DNA of 64,000 nucleotides from Escherichia coli (GTDB lineage Bacteria; Pseudomonadota; Gammaproteobacteria; Enterobacterales; Enterobacteriaceae): NCBI RefSeq assembly GCF_044324875.1, contig NZ_CP172185.1; one strand, 5' to 3'. Shown piece by piece: positions 18,084 to 26,712 of this stretch (position 1 is its first letter; each line of letters starts with the position of its first letter). The notes under the pieces were generated by a model. It saw only the letters and a program-made list of their open reading frames with translations, ran no database searches and was not told where the DNA came from. The position numbers and the translations under genes were made by a program.

Positions 18084-19798
18084 TTATGGGAAACCTGAAT
18101 GAAACAGAAAAGTGGGAAGAAAATATCTATCAACTGGAGACATCAGATCCGGTTCTGGGTGGTGCAGACGGGATATCAAATCGAGCCCCCCGGCAACTGG
18201 CAAACAGGACGAAATGGCTGAAGAAGAAAACGGAGGAAGCCGCACAGTCACTGGCTGAACACGTACGTTCCCGTAACCACCCGGACGCGACACTGACAGC
18301 TAAGGGGTTCACCCAACTGAGCAGTGCCACCAACAGCACCTCTGAAACGCTGGCCGCCACACCAAAAGCGGTCAAGGCTGCATACGACCTGGCAGCCGGC
18401 AAGGCGCCTGCCAGCCACACTCACCCGTGGAGTCAGATAACGGGAGTGCCTGCGGCTTCACTGACGGCAAAAGGCACCGTACAACTGAGCAGCGCCACGG
18501 ACAGTCAATCAGAAACTGAGGCTGCCACGCCGAAGGCTGTGAAAATCGCGTATGATCTGGCCCGGGGAAAATACACAGCCCAGGATGCAACAACGACCCG
18601 TAAAGGGATCGTACAACTGAGCAGTGCCATCAACAGCACGTCTGAAACGCTGGCCGCCACACCGAAAGCGGTCAAGGCTGCATACGACCTGGCAGCCGGC
18701 AAGGCGCCTGCCAGCCACACTCACCCGTGGAGTCAGATAACGGGAGTGCCTGCGGCTTCACTGACGGCAAAAGGCACCGTACAACTGAGCAGCGCCACGG
18801 ACAGTCAATCAGAAACTGAGGCTGCCACGCCGAAGGCTGTGAAAATCGCGTATGATCTGGCCCGGGGAAAATACACAGCCCAGGATGCAACAACGACCCG
18901 TAAAGGGATCGTACAACTGAGCAGTGCCATCAACAGCACGTCTGAAACGCTGGCCGCCACACCGAAAGCGGTCAAGGCTGCATACGACCTGGCAGCCGGC
19001 AAGGCGCCTGCCAGCCACACTCACCCGTGGAGTCAGATAACGGGAGTGCCTGCGGCCTCGCTGACGGCAAAAGGCACCGTACAACTGAGCAGTGCCATCA
19101 ACAGCACGTCTGAAATACTGGCCGCCACACCGAAAGCGGTCAAGGCTGCATACGATCTGGCAAACGGAAAACAACCGGCAGATGCCACGCTCACTGCTCT
19201 GGCAGGACTTGCCACTGCAGCAGATCGGTTGCCTTATTTTACCGGAGCAGACCGCGCAGCGCTGGCAACCCTTACAGCTATTGGTCGCGCTATTATCGCT
19301 AAGGGCAGTATAAAAGATGTCCTCAATTACCTTGGTTTGGGGGAAGGCTCTGCATTGCCTGTTGGTGTACCGGTTCCATGGCCCACCGCCACACCGCCAG
19401 CAGGCTGGTTACAGTGCAACGGAGCTACGTTCACCAAAGAACAATATCCTGTTCTGGCCAGAGTCTACCCGACCCTCCGTCTTCCCGATTTGCGCGGTGA
19501 GTTTATCCGTGGATGGGACGGTGGTCGCAAGGTTGATACCGGGCGTGCGCTACTTTCATTTCAGGAAGGGACTATCGTATCCGGTTTTGATGATAATGAT
19601 ACCGGAGATATCAGTTCGCTCGGCTCTACACAATACGGATTTGGTGACGCTTTAACCTCTAATCAACTGGGGGTCATAAATGGCAAAAAGTGGATATTTG
19701 ATGCATCCTCTAAAGGTGCACAAAGATATGACTGGTGGGCTTATGTATCAGCTCGCCCCCGCAATATCGCATTTAACTATATCGTGAGGGCGGCGTGA
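18080..19798 (+). CDS. Tail fibre protein (constant part plus currently expressed variable C-terminus)
   Basis: 572 aa with repeated QLSSA..S.SET.AATPKAVK.AYDLA fibre motif; C-terminus lies inside the invertible segment. Confidence 0.85.
   Translation: MIMGNLNETEKWEENIYQLETSDPVLGGADGISNRAPRQLANRTKWLKKKTEEAAQSLAEHVRSRNHPDATLTAKGFTQLSSATNSTSETLAATPKAVKAAYDLAAGKAPASHTHPWSQITGVPAASLTAKGTVQLSSATDSQSETEAATPKAVKIAYDLARGKYTAQDATTTRKGIVQLSSAINSTSETLAATPKAVKAAYDLAAGKAPASHTHPWSQITGVPAASLTAKGTVQLSSATDSQSETEAATPKAVKIAYDLARGKYTAQDATTTRKGIVQLSSAINSTSETLAATPKAVKAAYDLAAGKAPASHTHPWSQITGVPAASLTAKGTVQLSSAINSTSEILAATPKAVKAAYDLANGKQPADATLTALAGLATAADRLPYFTGADRAALATLTAIGRAIIAKGSIKDVLNYLGLGEGSALPVGVPVPWPTATPPAGWLQCNGATFTKEQYPVLARVYPTLRLPDLRGEFIRGWDGGRKVDTGRALLSFQEGTIVSGFDDNDTGDISSLGSTQYGFGDALTSNQLGVINGKKWIFDASSKGAQRYDWWAYVSARPRNIAFNYIVRAA
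18296..19160 (+). repeat. Tandem repeat array, 300-bp unit, about 2.9 copies, in tail fibre gene
   Basis: 18341-18640, 18641-18940 and 18941-about 19080 are near-identical (1-2 mismatches). Confidence 0.9.
19328..19560 (+). repeat. Left inverted repeat of invertible fibre segment
   Basis: About 230 bp matching the reverse complement of about 20700-20942 at roughly 90 percent, with a near-perfect core 19358-19412. Confidence 0.8.
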
Positions 19799-19804
19799 TA
19801 CCGT

Positions 19805-20419
19805 TCAGCCGGCAAGCGCCAGTGGCGCTTCCGGCCAGCTGATTTCAGGTGCCTTGCTGATATCCAGTGCGTTCAGCTCGTCGATATAATCCAGCACGGC
19901 GTTCAGTTTTGCCGTTTCTTCTGGTTTCAGACTGCGACCTGCCCGCAGTTTGAGGTTGATGAGGTCGATGGACTTCATCGCCTGATCCACCCGTTCCTGG
20001 CGTTGCAGTCTGGCAACCTCCAGCTCTGCGGCTCGCTGCCGTTCAGTATCGGTTACCCACGCCTCACCGTTCCAGGTATCCCATGGCGTGGCCGGCTGTT
20101 TTGTGGTGGTGTCCGCCGGGTAATCACCCGGCTGGGTAATCTGAACGGGAGTACCGTTCTCCGTGCTGTATACCGTCTCGCCGCGGTGATCAGGCACATG
20201 TTCCCACCCGTTCAGCGTGGCAGTCCGGCAAACCACGTAACCCGAAATTGCCTCCGGCGGTGCATCGGCGCACGAATGTGCCGGAGTACCCACCCCAAGG
20301 GCGAGATACTCCACAGAGGATGAGGTGTATTCCCGGGTTTCCTCGTCATAGTGATATACAGTGATATCGCCCGCTACAGTGGCGATACCGTTTTCATCCA
20401 GAACTGCAGTGTTACTCAT
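19805..20419 (-). CDS. Tail fibre assembly chaperone (Tfa/gpG-like)
   Basis: 204 aa, TAATG stop-start overlap with the upstream minus-strand fibre cassette. Confidence 0.8.
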   Translation of the reverse strand: MSNTAVLDENGIATVAGDITVYHYDEETREYTSSSVEYLALGVGTPAHSCADAPPEAISGYVVCRTATLNGWEHVPDHRGETVYSTENGTPVQITQPGDYPADTTTKQPATPWDTWNGEAWVTDTERQRAAELEVARLQRQERVDQAMKSIDLINLKLRAGRSLKPEETAKLNAVLDYIDELNALDISKAPEISWPEAPLALAG

Positions 20420-20901
20420 TAAACTGCCCTCACAATGTAATTAAGTGCAATGCTACGGGGTCTGACAGTGATACCCTTCGCATACCCGCTTCTGATAGAG
20501 GTCAGAATAGTAGCCTGCATACCATTGTCTGACATTGCCACGACAGGATCGCTGAATGTTGTCCCGTCCGGCATTTTAAAGCTGCCCTCACGAAGGTCTG
20601 TAATGGAATCTTCATTGTTGAATCCCATGCCGACTATCCCCGAGGTTCCCGTAGTGTCCTGGTTATAATAATCCAGCATTGCTGTTCTTAACAGCGTTGC
20701 CCCTTGTGCGGACAGCAACTTACGTCCTGTATCAACTTTGCGCCCGTCGTCCCATCCACGGATAAACTCACCGCGCAAATCGGGAAGACGGAGGGTCGGG
20801 TAGGCTCTGGCCAGAACAGGATATTGTTCTTTTGTAAAGGCGCGCCCGTCGCACTTTAACCAGCCTGCTGGCGGTGTGGCGGTGGGCCACGGAACAGGCA
20901 C
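20419..20901 (-). CDS. Alternative tail-fibre C-terminal cassette (promoterless; would be fused to fibre after inversion)
   Basis: N-terminus PVPWPTATPPAGWL...RGEFIRGWD matches the fibre on the + strand; frame continues upstream with SALPVGV; ends NYIVRAV like the other cassette. Confidence 0.7.
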   Translation of the reverse strand: MPVPWPTATPPAGWLKCDGRAFTKEQYPVLARAYPTLRLPDLRGEFIRGWDDGRKVDTGRKLLSAQGATLLRTAMLDYYNQDTTGTSGIVGMGFNNEDSITDLREGSFKMPDGTTFSDPVVAMSDNGMQATILTSIRSGYAKGITVRPRSIALNYIVRAV

Positions 20902-20942
20902 ACCAACGGGTAGCGCCGAGCCTTCTCCTAAACCAACGTTTA
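20700..20942 (-). repeat. Right inverted repeat of invertible fibre segment
   Basis: Reverse complement matches 19328-19560. Confidence 0.8.
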
Positions 20943-21002
20943 TCTCTCAAATCCTCCTCACATTATCTCAGTACTTTAACCACTCAAAAGGGAGTATTTT
21001 TA

Positions 21003-21575
21003 ATGCTGATTGGCTACATACGTGTGTCAACAAATGACCAAAACACAGATTTGCAACGCAATGCATTAATGTGCGCAGGATGTGAACAGATTTTTGAGGA
21101 CAAAATGAGCGGAACCAAGTCGGAACGACCAGGCCTGAAACGCGCTTTAAAGTGCCTTAAAAGAGGGGATACATTGGTGGTCTGGAAGCTGGATCGGTTG
21201 GGTAGAAGAATGAAACACCTCATTGCTCTCACAGAAGAGCTACGCGCAAAAGGTGTCAATTTTCGCAGTCTGACGGATTCAATCGATACCAGCACTCCGA
21301 TGGGAAGGTTCTTTTTTCATATGATGGGTGCACTGGCAGAAATGGAGCGTGAACTGATAGTTGAGCGCACGCTGGCAGGACTGGCTGCTGCGCGAGCACA
21401 AGGGAGAGTTGGAGGACGTCGCCCGAAACTGACGAAGGAGCAGCATGAGCAGATCGCAAGATTGCTCCAGAAAGGGTATGACAGAAAGCGGCTGGCAATT
21501 ATCTATGATATTGGACTGTCAACGATCTACCGCTATCACCCTGTTGGGACTGTCATAACGGAACCTGAAATGTAA
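21003..21575 (+). CDS. DNA invertase, serine recombinase (Gin/Pin/Hin/Cin family)
   Basis: 190 aa starting MLIGYIRVSTNDQ with catalytic Ser; ATG at 21003 preferred over track start 20874. Confidence 0.9.
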   Translation: MLIGYIRVSTNDQNTDLQRNALMCAGCEQIFEDKMSGTKSERPGLKRALKCLKRGDTLVVWKLDRLGRRMKHLIALTEELRAKGVNFRSLTDSIDTSTPMGRFFFHMMGALAEMERELIVERTLAGLAAARAQGRVGGRRPKLTKEQHEQIARLLQKGYDRKRLAIIYDIGLSTIYRYHPVGTVITEPEM

Positions 21576-21579
21576 TTCT

Positions 21580-21653
21580 TTTTCAAATAATGAAACGCCG
21601 CGTGGATGCCATTTATCGCACAAGATAGAGCGCATTTATCGCGCGGCGCATCA
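21580..21653 (+). repeat. Mu-type right-end terminal repeats (putative transposase binding sites)
   Basis: Reverse complement of 21631-21653 is TGATGCGCCGCGCGATAAATGCG; second CGATAAATG copy at about 21600-21625. Confidence 0.5.
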
Positions 21654-22575
21654 CGGAGGAGCCTGGTTTGCACAACAAATCAGCCAACGGATACGCGATA
21701 AAATCGGCGAATCGGTTGATCCCTCAGCCATGCAAGAGGCGTTATGGGCGCTGGTCTGGCAAGGCGTCATCACCAGCGACATTTGGGCACCGTTACGCGC
21801 CCTCACCCGCAGCAGTTCCAACGCACGCACCTCGACTCGCCGCAGTCACCGGGCTCGTCGTGGGCGTCCTGTCTATGCACAACCCGTCTCGCCACGGGTA
21901 TCTTACAACACACCAAATCTTGCTGGACGCTGGTCGTTATTGCAGGTGGAGCCACTAAACGATACCGAAAGGATGCTGGCGCTGGCGGAAAATATGCTCG
22001 ACCGCTACGGCATCATCAGTCGTCAGGCGGTGATAGCCGAAAATATCCCTGGCGGGTTTCCATCGATGCAAACGCTTTGTCGAAGTATGGAAGACTCCGG
22101 GCGAATTATGCGAGGTCGTTTTGTAGAAGGTCTGGGGGGTGCGCAATTCGCTGAACGTCTGACTATTGACCGATTGCGCGATCTGGCGACACAAGCCACG
22201 CAAACGCGCCACTATACACCAGTGGCGCTCTCCGCCAACGATCCGGCTAATGTGTGGGGAAATCTTCTGCCCTGGCCTGCACATCCGGCAACGCTGGTTC
22301 CAACGCGTCGGGCGGGTGCGCTGGTGGTCGTTTCTGGCGGCAAATTGTTACTCTATCTGGCGCAAGGCGGCAAAAAAATGCTGGTCTGGCAGGAAAAAGA
22401 TGAATTACTCGCCCCAGAGATTTTCCAGGCGCTGACCACCGCACTGCGTCGCGAACCACGGCTGCGCTTTACGCTAACAGAAGTGAATGATCTACCGGTC
22501 CGGCAAACGCCGATGTTTACGCTGCTGCGTGAGGCGGGATTTTCAAGTTCGCCACAAGGGCTGGATTGGGGATAG
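21654..22575 (+). pseudogene. lhr: 3-prime fragment of lhr (ATP-dependent helicase Lhr) interrupted by the prophage
   Basis: Frame encodes ...AWFAQQISQRIRDKIGESVDPSAMQEALW... through to SSPQGLDWG; convergent with grxD as in K-12; only about 300 of about 1538 codons present. Confidence 0.7.
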
Positions 22576-22583
22576 ATAAAGAA

Positions 22584-22611
22584 CTGACGGATGCCCGTTC
22601 GCATCCGTCAG
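22584..22611 (-). terminator. grxD terminator hairpin (between convergent lhr and grxD)
   Basis: 11-bp perfect stem CTGACGGATGC/GCATCCGTCAG; U-tract on minus strand. Confidence 0.6.
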
Positions 22612-22625
22612 TACTGCAGGACGGA

Positions 22626-22973
22626 TTATTCCGCGTCCGGCTCTTCAGACTTGTATTTAGCGGCAGTTTCTTTGATCAGCTGCTGCAGTTCGCCACGCTG
22701 ATACATTTCGATCACGATATCACAACCGCCGACCAGCTCGCCGTCAACCCACAGTTGCGGGAAAGTCGGCCAGTTAGCATATTTCGGCAGTTCCGCACGA
22801 ATGTCCGGATTCTGCAGAATATCAACATAGGCAAAACGTTCGCCACATGCGGCAAGCGCCTGGACTGCCTGGGCAGAGAAACCGCAGCTCGGCAGTTTCG
22901 GTGAACCTTTCATGTACAGCAGGATCGGGTTTTCAGCAATCTGGCGTTGGATTTTTTCGATAGTGGTGCTCAT
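22626..22973 (-). CDS. grxD: Monothiol glutaredoxin Grx4
   Basis: 115 aa with CGFS active site. Confidence 0.95.
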   Translation of the reverse strand: MSTTIEKIQRQIAENPILLYMKGSPKLPSCGFSAQAVQALAACGERFAYVDILQNPDIRAELPKYANWPTFPQLWVDGELVGGCDIVIEMYQRGELQQLIKETAAKYKSEEPDAE

Positions 22974-23307
22974 TGTCTTGCTTCCTCAAACTTCTTTACG
23001 GCAGTAATCTGACATTGTAGCGGGTCAGTGCGGCATCGGAAAATAACATTTTCATCACGCTTTTGCTATTTTATCCCTTTGCTCTATTTGTTGCATTTCA
23101 AATATTCGTTTCTTCCCTGACGCAAGGCAAACTGGCGTATTTATGACCATTTTTAGCTTTCACTGCTGCATTTTTTTGCGCTCGCCGACGAAACGTATTT
23201 TTTAACAATAAAAGCTATTAACTTTCTCTTCTTCTATGCATTAGAATCATCAAGTTTTGTAAATCAGACGCAGGCATGATAGACCTGCCTTAACAGAGGG
23301 ACGCTCA

Positions 23308-24135
23308 GTGGCGCGGATAAACCGTATTTCGATCACGCTCTGTGCTTTACTTTTTACCACCCTGCCTTTAACGCCTATGGCCCATGCTTCAAAGCAAGCC
23401 AGGGAGAGTTCTGCTACTACTCATATCACCAAAAAAGCAGATAAAAAGAAAAGCACGGCAACCACCAAAAAGACCCAGAAAGCCAGCCAGAAAACAGCGA
23501 AAAAAGCCGCCAGTAAAAGTACGATCAAAAGCAAAACCGCTTCTTCCGTTAAAAAATCTTCCATTACCGCTTCTAAAAACGCCAAAACTCGCAGCAAACA
23601 CGCCGTCAATAAAACGGCCTCAGCCAGCTTTACCGAAAAGTGTACCAAACGTAAGGGCTATAAATCGCATTGTGTGAAAGTCAAAAATGCCGCGTCAGGA
23701 ACTCTTGCCGACGCGCACAAAGCGAAGGTGCAAAAAGCCACGAAAGTGGCAATGAATAAACTGATGCAGCAAATTGGTAAGCCATATCGTTGGGGTGGCA
23801 GCTCACCGCGTACCGGTTTTGATTGCAGCGGCCTGGTTTATTACGCTTATAAAGATTTGGTGAAAATTCGTATTCCGCGTACAGCGAATGAAATGTATCA
23901 CCTGCGTGATGCAGCACCTATCGAACGTAGTGAGCTGAAAAACGGCGACCTGGTCTTTTTCCGTACTCAGGGACGCGGTACAGCCGATCATGTCGGCGTG
24001 TATGTCGGCAACGGCAAATTTATTCAGTCACCGCGTACGGGTCAGGAAATTCAAATCACTTCTCTCAGTGAAGACTACTGGCAGCGCCACTATGTTGGCG
24101 CTCGCCGGGTAATGACCCCAAAAACACTTCGCTAA
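23308..24135 (+). CDS. mepH: NlpC/P60 peptidoglycan DD-endopeptidase
   Basis: Signal peptide, Lys/Thr-rich linker, C-terminal NlpC/P60 domain with catalytic Cys (GFDCSGLV); K-12 synteny (ydhO). Confidence 0.85.
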   Translation: MARINRISITLCALLFTTLPLTPMAHASKQARESSATTHITKKADKKKSTATTKKTQKASQKTAKKAASKSTIKSKTASSVKKSSITASKNAKTRSKHAVNKTASASFTEKCTKRKGYKSHCVKVKNAASGTLADAHKAKVQKATKVAMNKLMQQIGKPYRWGGSSPRTGFDCSGLVYYAYKDLVKIRIPRTANEMYHLRDAAPIERSELKNGDLVFFRTQGRGTADHVGVYVGNGKFIQSPRTGQEIQITSLSEDYWQRHYVGARRVMTPKTLR

Positions 24136-24140
24136 AACTT

Positions 24141-24180
24141 TACCCTGTTGTTACGGCAACAGGGTAAGTTCATCTTTTGT
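24141..24180 (+). terminator. mepH terminator-like hairpin
   Basis: TACCCTGTTG/CAACAGGGTA 10-bp stem plus U-rich tail. Confidence 0.5.
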
Positions 24181-24262
24181 CTCACCTTTTAATTTGCTAC
24201 CCTATCCATACGCACAATAAGGCTATTGTACGTATGCAAATTAATAATAAAGGAGAGTAGCA

Positions 24263-24844
24263 ATGTCATTCGAATTACCTGCACTACCATATGCTAAAGA
24301 TGCTCTGGCACCGCACATTTCTGCGGAAACCATCGAGTATCACTACGGCAAGCATCATCAGACTTATGTCACTAACCTGAACAACCTGATTAAAGGTACC
24401 GCGTTTGAAGGTAAATCACTGGAAGAGATTATTCGCAGCTCTGAAGGTGGCGTATTCAACAACGCAGCTCAGGTCTGGAACCATACTTTCTACTGGAACT
24501 GCCTGGCACCGAACGCGGGTGGCGAACCGACTGGAAAAGTCGCTGAAGCTATCGCCGCATCTTTTGGCAGCTTTGCCGATTTCAAAGCACAGTTTACTGA
24601 TGCAGCAATCAAAAACTTTGGTTCTGGCTGGACCTGGCTGGTGAAAAACAGCGATGGCAAACTGGCTATCGTTTCAACCTCTAACGCGGGTACTCCGCTG
24701 ACCACCGATGCAACTCCGCTGCTGACCGTTGATGTCTGGGAACACGCTTATTACATCGACTATCGCAATGCACGTCCTGGCTATCTGGAGCACTTCTGGG
24801 CGCTGGTGAACTGGGAATTCGTAGCAAAAAATCTCGCTGCATAA
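24263..24844 (+). CDS. sodB: Iron superoxide dismutase
   Basis: 193 aa [32 protein letters not shown]... Confidence 0.97.
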   Translation: MSFELPALPYAKDALAPHISAETIEYHYGKHHQTYVTNLNNLIKGTAFEGKSLEEIIRSSEGGVFNNAAQVWNHTFYWNCLAPNAGGEPTGKVAEAIAASFGSFADFKAQFTDAAIKNFGSGWTWLVKNSDGKLAIVSTSNAGTPLTTDATPLLTVDVWEHAYYIDYRNARPGYLEHFWALVNWEFVAKNLAA

Positions 24845-24954
24845 TAACTGATGGCAAATGCAACATTGCCTGATGCGCTTCGCTTACCATGCCAACTCGG
24901 ATGAAGCGTTAACACCGCATCCGGCAAGATAAATCGCACGTTGCCAGCAACTGT

Positions 24955-24990
24955 AACGCAGAAGGTTATCCTTCTGCGTTTTTGTTTAAT
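24955..24990 (+). terminator. sodB terminator (possibly bidirectional with ydhP)
   Basis: AACGCAGAAGG-TTAT-CCTTCTGCGTT followed by TTTTGTTT. Confidence 0.75.
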
Positions 24991-26159
24991 TAGCTGTTGG
25001 CAACGCAAACTGCTTCAGGTTGTTTTCTGGCTGACATAAACACCAGCAATAATGCCAGTCCCGCGACAATCGCCCCCATCACCGGCACAAAACTGTATCC
25101 CAGCCCAGCGGAAATTACCGCACCACCAGCAGCTGCTCCCAGCGCATTTCCAAGATTAAAGGCACCAATATTGACTGATGAAGACAGACCTGGCGCTTCA
25201 CTGGCGACACGCATCACGCGCATCTGTAACGGCGGTACGACCGCAAAGGTTGCAGCTCCCCACACCACCATGCTAATAGCTGCGCCGAACTCATTGCGGG
25301 CCAGGAACGGGATTGCCAGCATAATCACCATCAGCAACAACAAAAAGCCTTTCAACGTGCTGTTAACTGAACGATCTGCCAGTTTGCCGCCGAGATAGTT
25401 ACCGATAGAGAATCCGACACCAATCAGCACCAGCATTGCCGTAACGAACACCGGTGTTGCGTGGGTAATACTTTGCAGTACCGGAGAGATATAGGTGTAG
25501 AGGGTAAACATTGCACCAGCTCCCAGTACCGTCGTCAGCAATGCAGACAGCACCTGCGGACGCATTAATACCGCCAGCTCTTTTTTCACTTCAGGTCGCG
25601 CCCCTGCGCCACCTTTAGGTAATGAGAAGAACAGACTTACCATTGAAATCACTCCCAGCCCCGCCGTTGCCAGAAATGACATCCGCCAGCCGATGGTTTC
25701 ACCCAACCAAGTCGCCGCCGGTACGCCACCGATATTTGCCAGGGTTAACCCCATAAACATAGTGGCAACTGCGCTGGCCTGTTTATGTTTTGGCACCACG
25801 CTTGCGGCCACAACTGAACCCAAACCAAAAAATGCTCCGTGATTCAGGCTGGTCAAAATGCGTGAAAGCATGAGAGTCATATAATCCGGCGCGATGGCGG
25901 AAAGTACGTTGCCGAGCGTGAAAATCGCCATCAGGAAAATCAACGCACTGCGGCGAGCACGATGAGAAAGTAGAAGCGTCATCAGCGGCGCGCCAACCAT
26001 TACGCCAACTGCATAGGCACTGATTAACATTCCGGCAGCGGGAATCGAGACATCCACACCGCGCGCAATGACGGGCAATAAGCCCATTGGCGAGAACTCC
26101 GTTGTCCCAATACCAAACGCACCAATCGCCAGCGCCAGCAACGGATAGTTAATTTTCAT
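24990..26159 (-). CDS. ydhP: MFS transporter
   Basis: 389 aa, 12-TM-like hydrophobic profile; K-12 synteny. Confidence 0.9.
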   Translation of the reverse strand: MKINYPLLALAIGAFGIGTTEFSPMGLLPVIARGVDVSIPAAGMLISAYAVGVMVGAPLMTLLLSHRARRSALIFLMAIFTLGNVLSAIAPDYMTLMLSRILTSLNHGAFFGLGSVVAASVVPKHKQASAVATMFMGLTLANIGGVPAATWLGETIGWRMSFLATAGLGVISMVSLFFSLPKGGAGARPEVKKELAVLMRPQVLSALLTTVLGAGAMFTLYTYISPVLQSITHATPVFVTAMLVLIGVGFSIGNYLGGKLADRSVNSTLKGFLLLLMVIMLAIPFLARNEFGAAISMVVWGAATFAVVPPLQMRVMRVASEAPGLSSSVNIGAFNLGNALGAAAGGAVISAGLGYSFVPVMGAIVAGLALLLVFMSARKQPEAVCVANS

Positions 26160-26324
26160 GCCTTATCTCCACCTCTTCGCGTCATTACGCGATATTCATT
26201 AAAGTGGCGAAAGCATGACAGCAATCACAAAAAAATGAAAATAACAAAAAGAGAAAACACTTTTGCCATTTTGCTAACAAACAGGAAGGAGATGCGAGGG
26301 AGAACGCGCTCCCTCGAGAGGAAA

Positions 26325-26414
26325 TCAGTGCAGCGCGGCAGTCAAACCCACGGCCACGATCAAACCGAGGACGATAATCGTTGTTACCAGTGAAAATTTA
26401 AGGTCGGTGCTCAT
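26325..26414 (-). CDS. ynhF: Small membrane protein YnhF (29 aa)
   Basis: Minus-strand translation MSTDLKFSLVTTIIVLGLIVAVGLTAALH; not in the 60-aa ORF track. Confidence 0.7.
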   Translation of the reverse strand: MSTDLKFSLVTTIIVLGLIVAVGLTAALH

Positions 26415-26652
26415 CAAGTTTTCTCCTTTTTTATTACCACACAAAAAGTGATATTACGCATTTTTACACACTGTGATGAAAAAATCTCCCGTCATTTATA
26501 ATGATAAGTGTTTTTACCACTTCCCCTTTTCGTCAAGATCGGCCAAAATTCCACGCTTACACTATTTGCGTACTGGCCATTGACCCCTTCCTGACGCTCC
26601 GTGTCGTTTTTCCGGCGTACCGCAACACTTTTGTTGTGCGTAAGGTGTGTAA

Positions 26653-26668
26653 AGGCAAACGTTTACCT
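26653..26668 (+). promoter_or_regulatory. PUR box (PurR operator) in purR leader
   Basis: AGGCAAACGTTTACCT fits the PurR operator consensus. Confidence 0.7.
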
Positions 26669-26712
26669 TGCGATTTTGCAGGAGCTGAAGTTAGGGTCTG
26701 GAGTGAAATGGA

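Larger units (their letters stand above)
19328..20942. other. Invertible tail-fibre segment (Mu G / P1 C / e14 P-like)
   Basis: Bounded by the inverted repeats; carries two alternative fibre C-termini and one assembly gene; invertase gene adjacent. Confidence 0.75.
1..21653 (+). mobile_element. Mu-like transposable prophage, late/structural region and right end (left part lies upstream of the window)
   Basis: Contiguous co-directional head, tail, baseplate and fibre genes in Mu/P2 order; Gin-family invertase as last gene; Mu-type terminal sequence at 21631-21653; host lhr reading frame resumes at about 21654. Confidence 0.8.

Noticed and set aside
18296-19160. Possibility that the regular 300-bp repeats are a CRISPR array or noncoding satellite
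   Set aside because: The repeats are in frame within one long ORF encoding a tail-fibre shaft motif; there are no short spacers and the period is too long.
20874-21002. Upstream extension of the invertase ORF (track start 20874)
   Set aside because: Gin/Pin/Hin invertases start at MLIGY and are about 190 aa; the extension overlaps the right inverted repeat.
1-21653. Interpretation as a P2-like or lambdoid prophage integrated by a tyrosine integrase
   Set aside because: There is no integrase or tRNA/att site at the right junction, the terminus resembles a Mu end, the head genes are Mu F/G/I/T-like, and the insertion is inside a protein-coding gene.
21730-22575. ORF 21730..22575 as an independent 281-aa gene
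   Set aside because: It is the C-terminal part of lhr; the frame is open upstream to the phage end and there is no promoter or RBS context for an internal start.
23384-23677. Lys/Pro-rich alternative-frame ORFs across the mepH linker
   Set aside because: Overlapping-frame artefacts of the low-complexity Lys/Thr/Ser-rich linker region of MepH.
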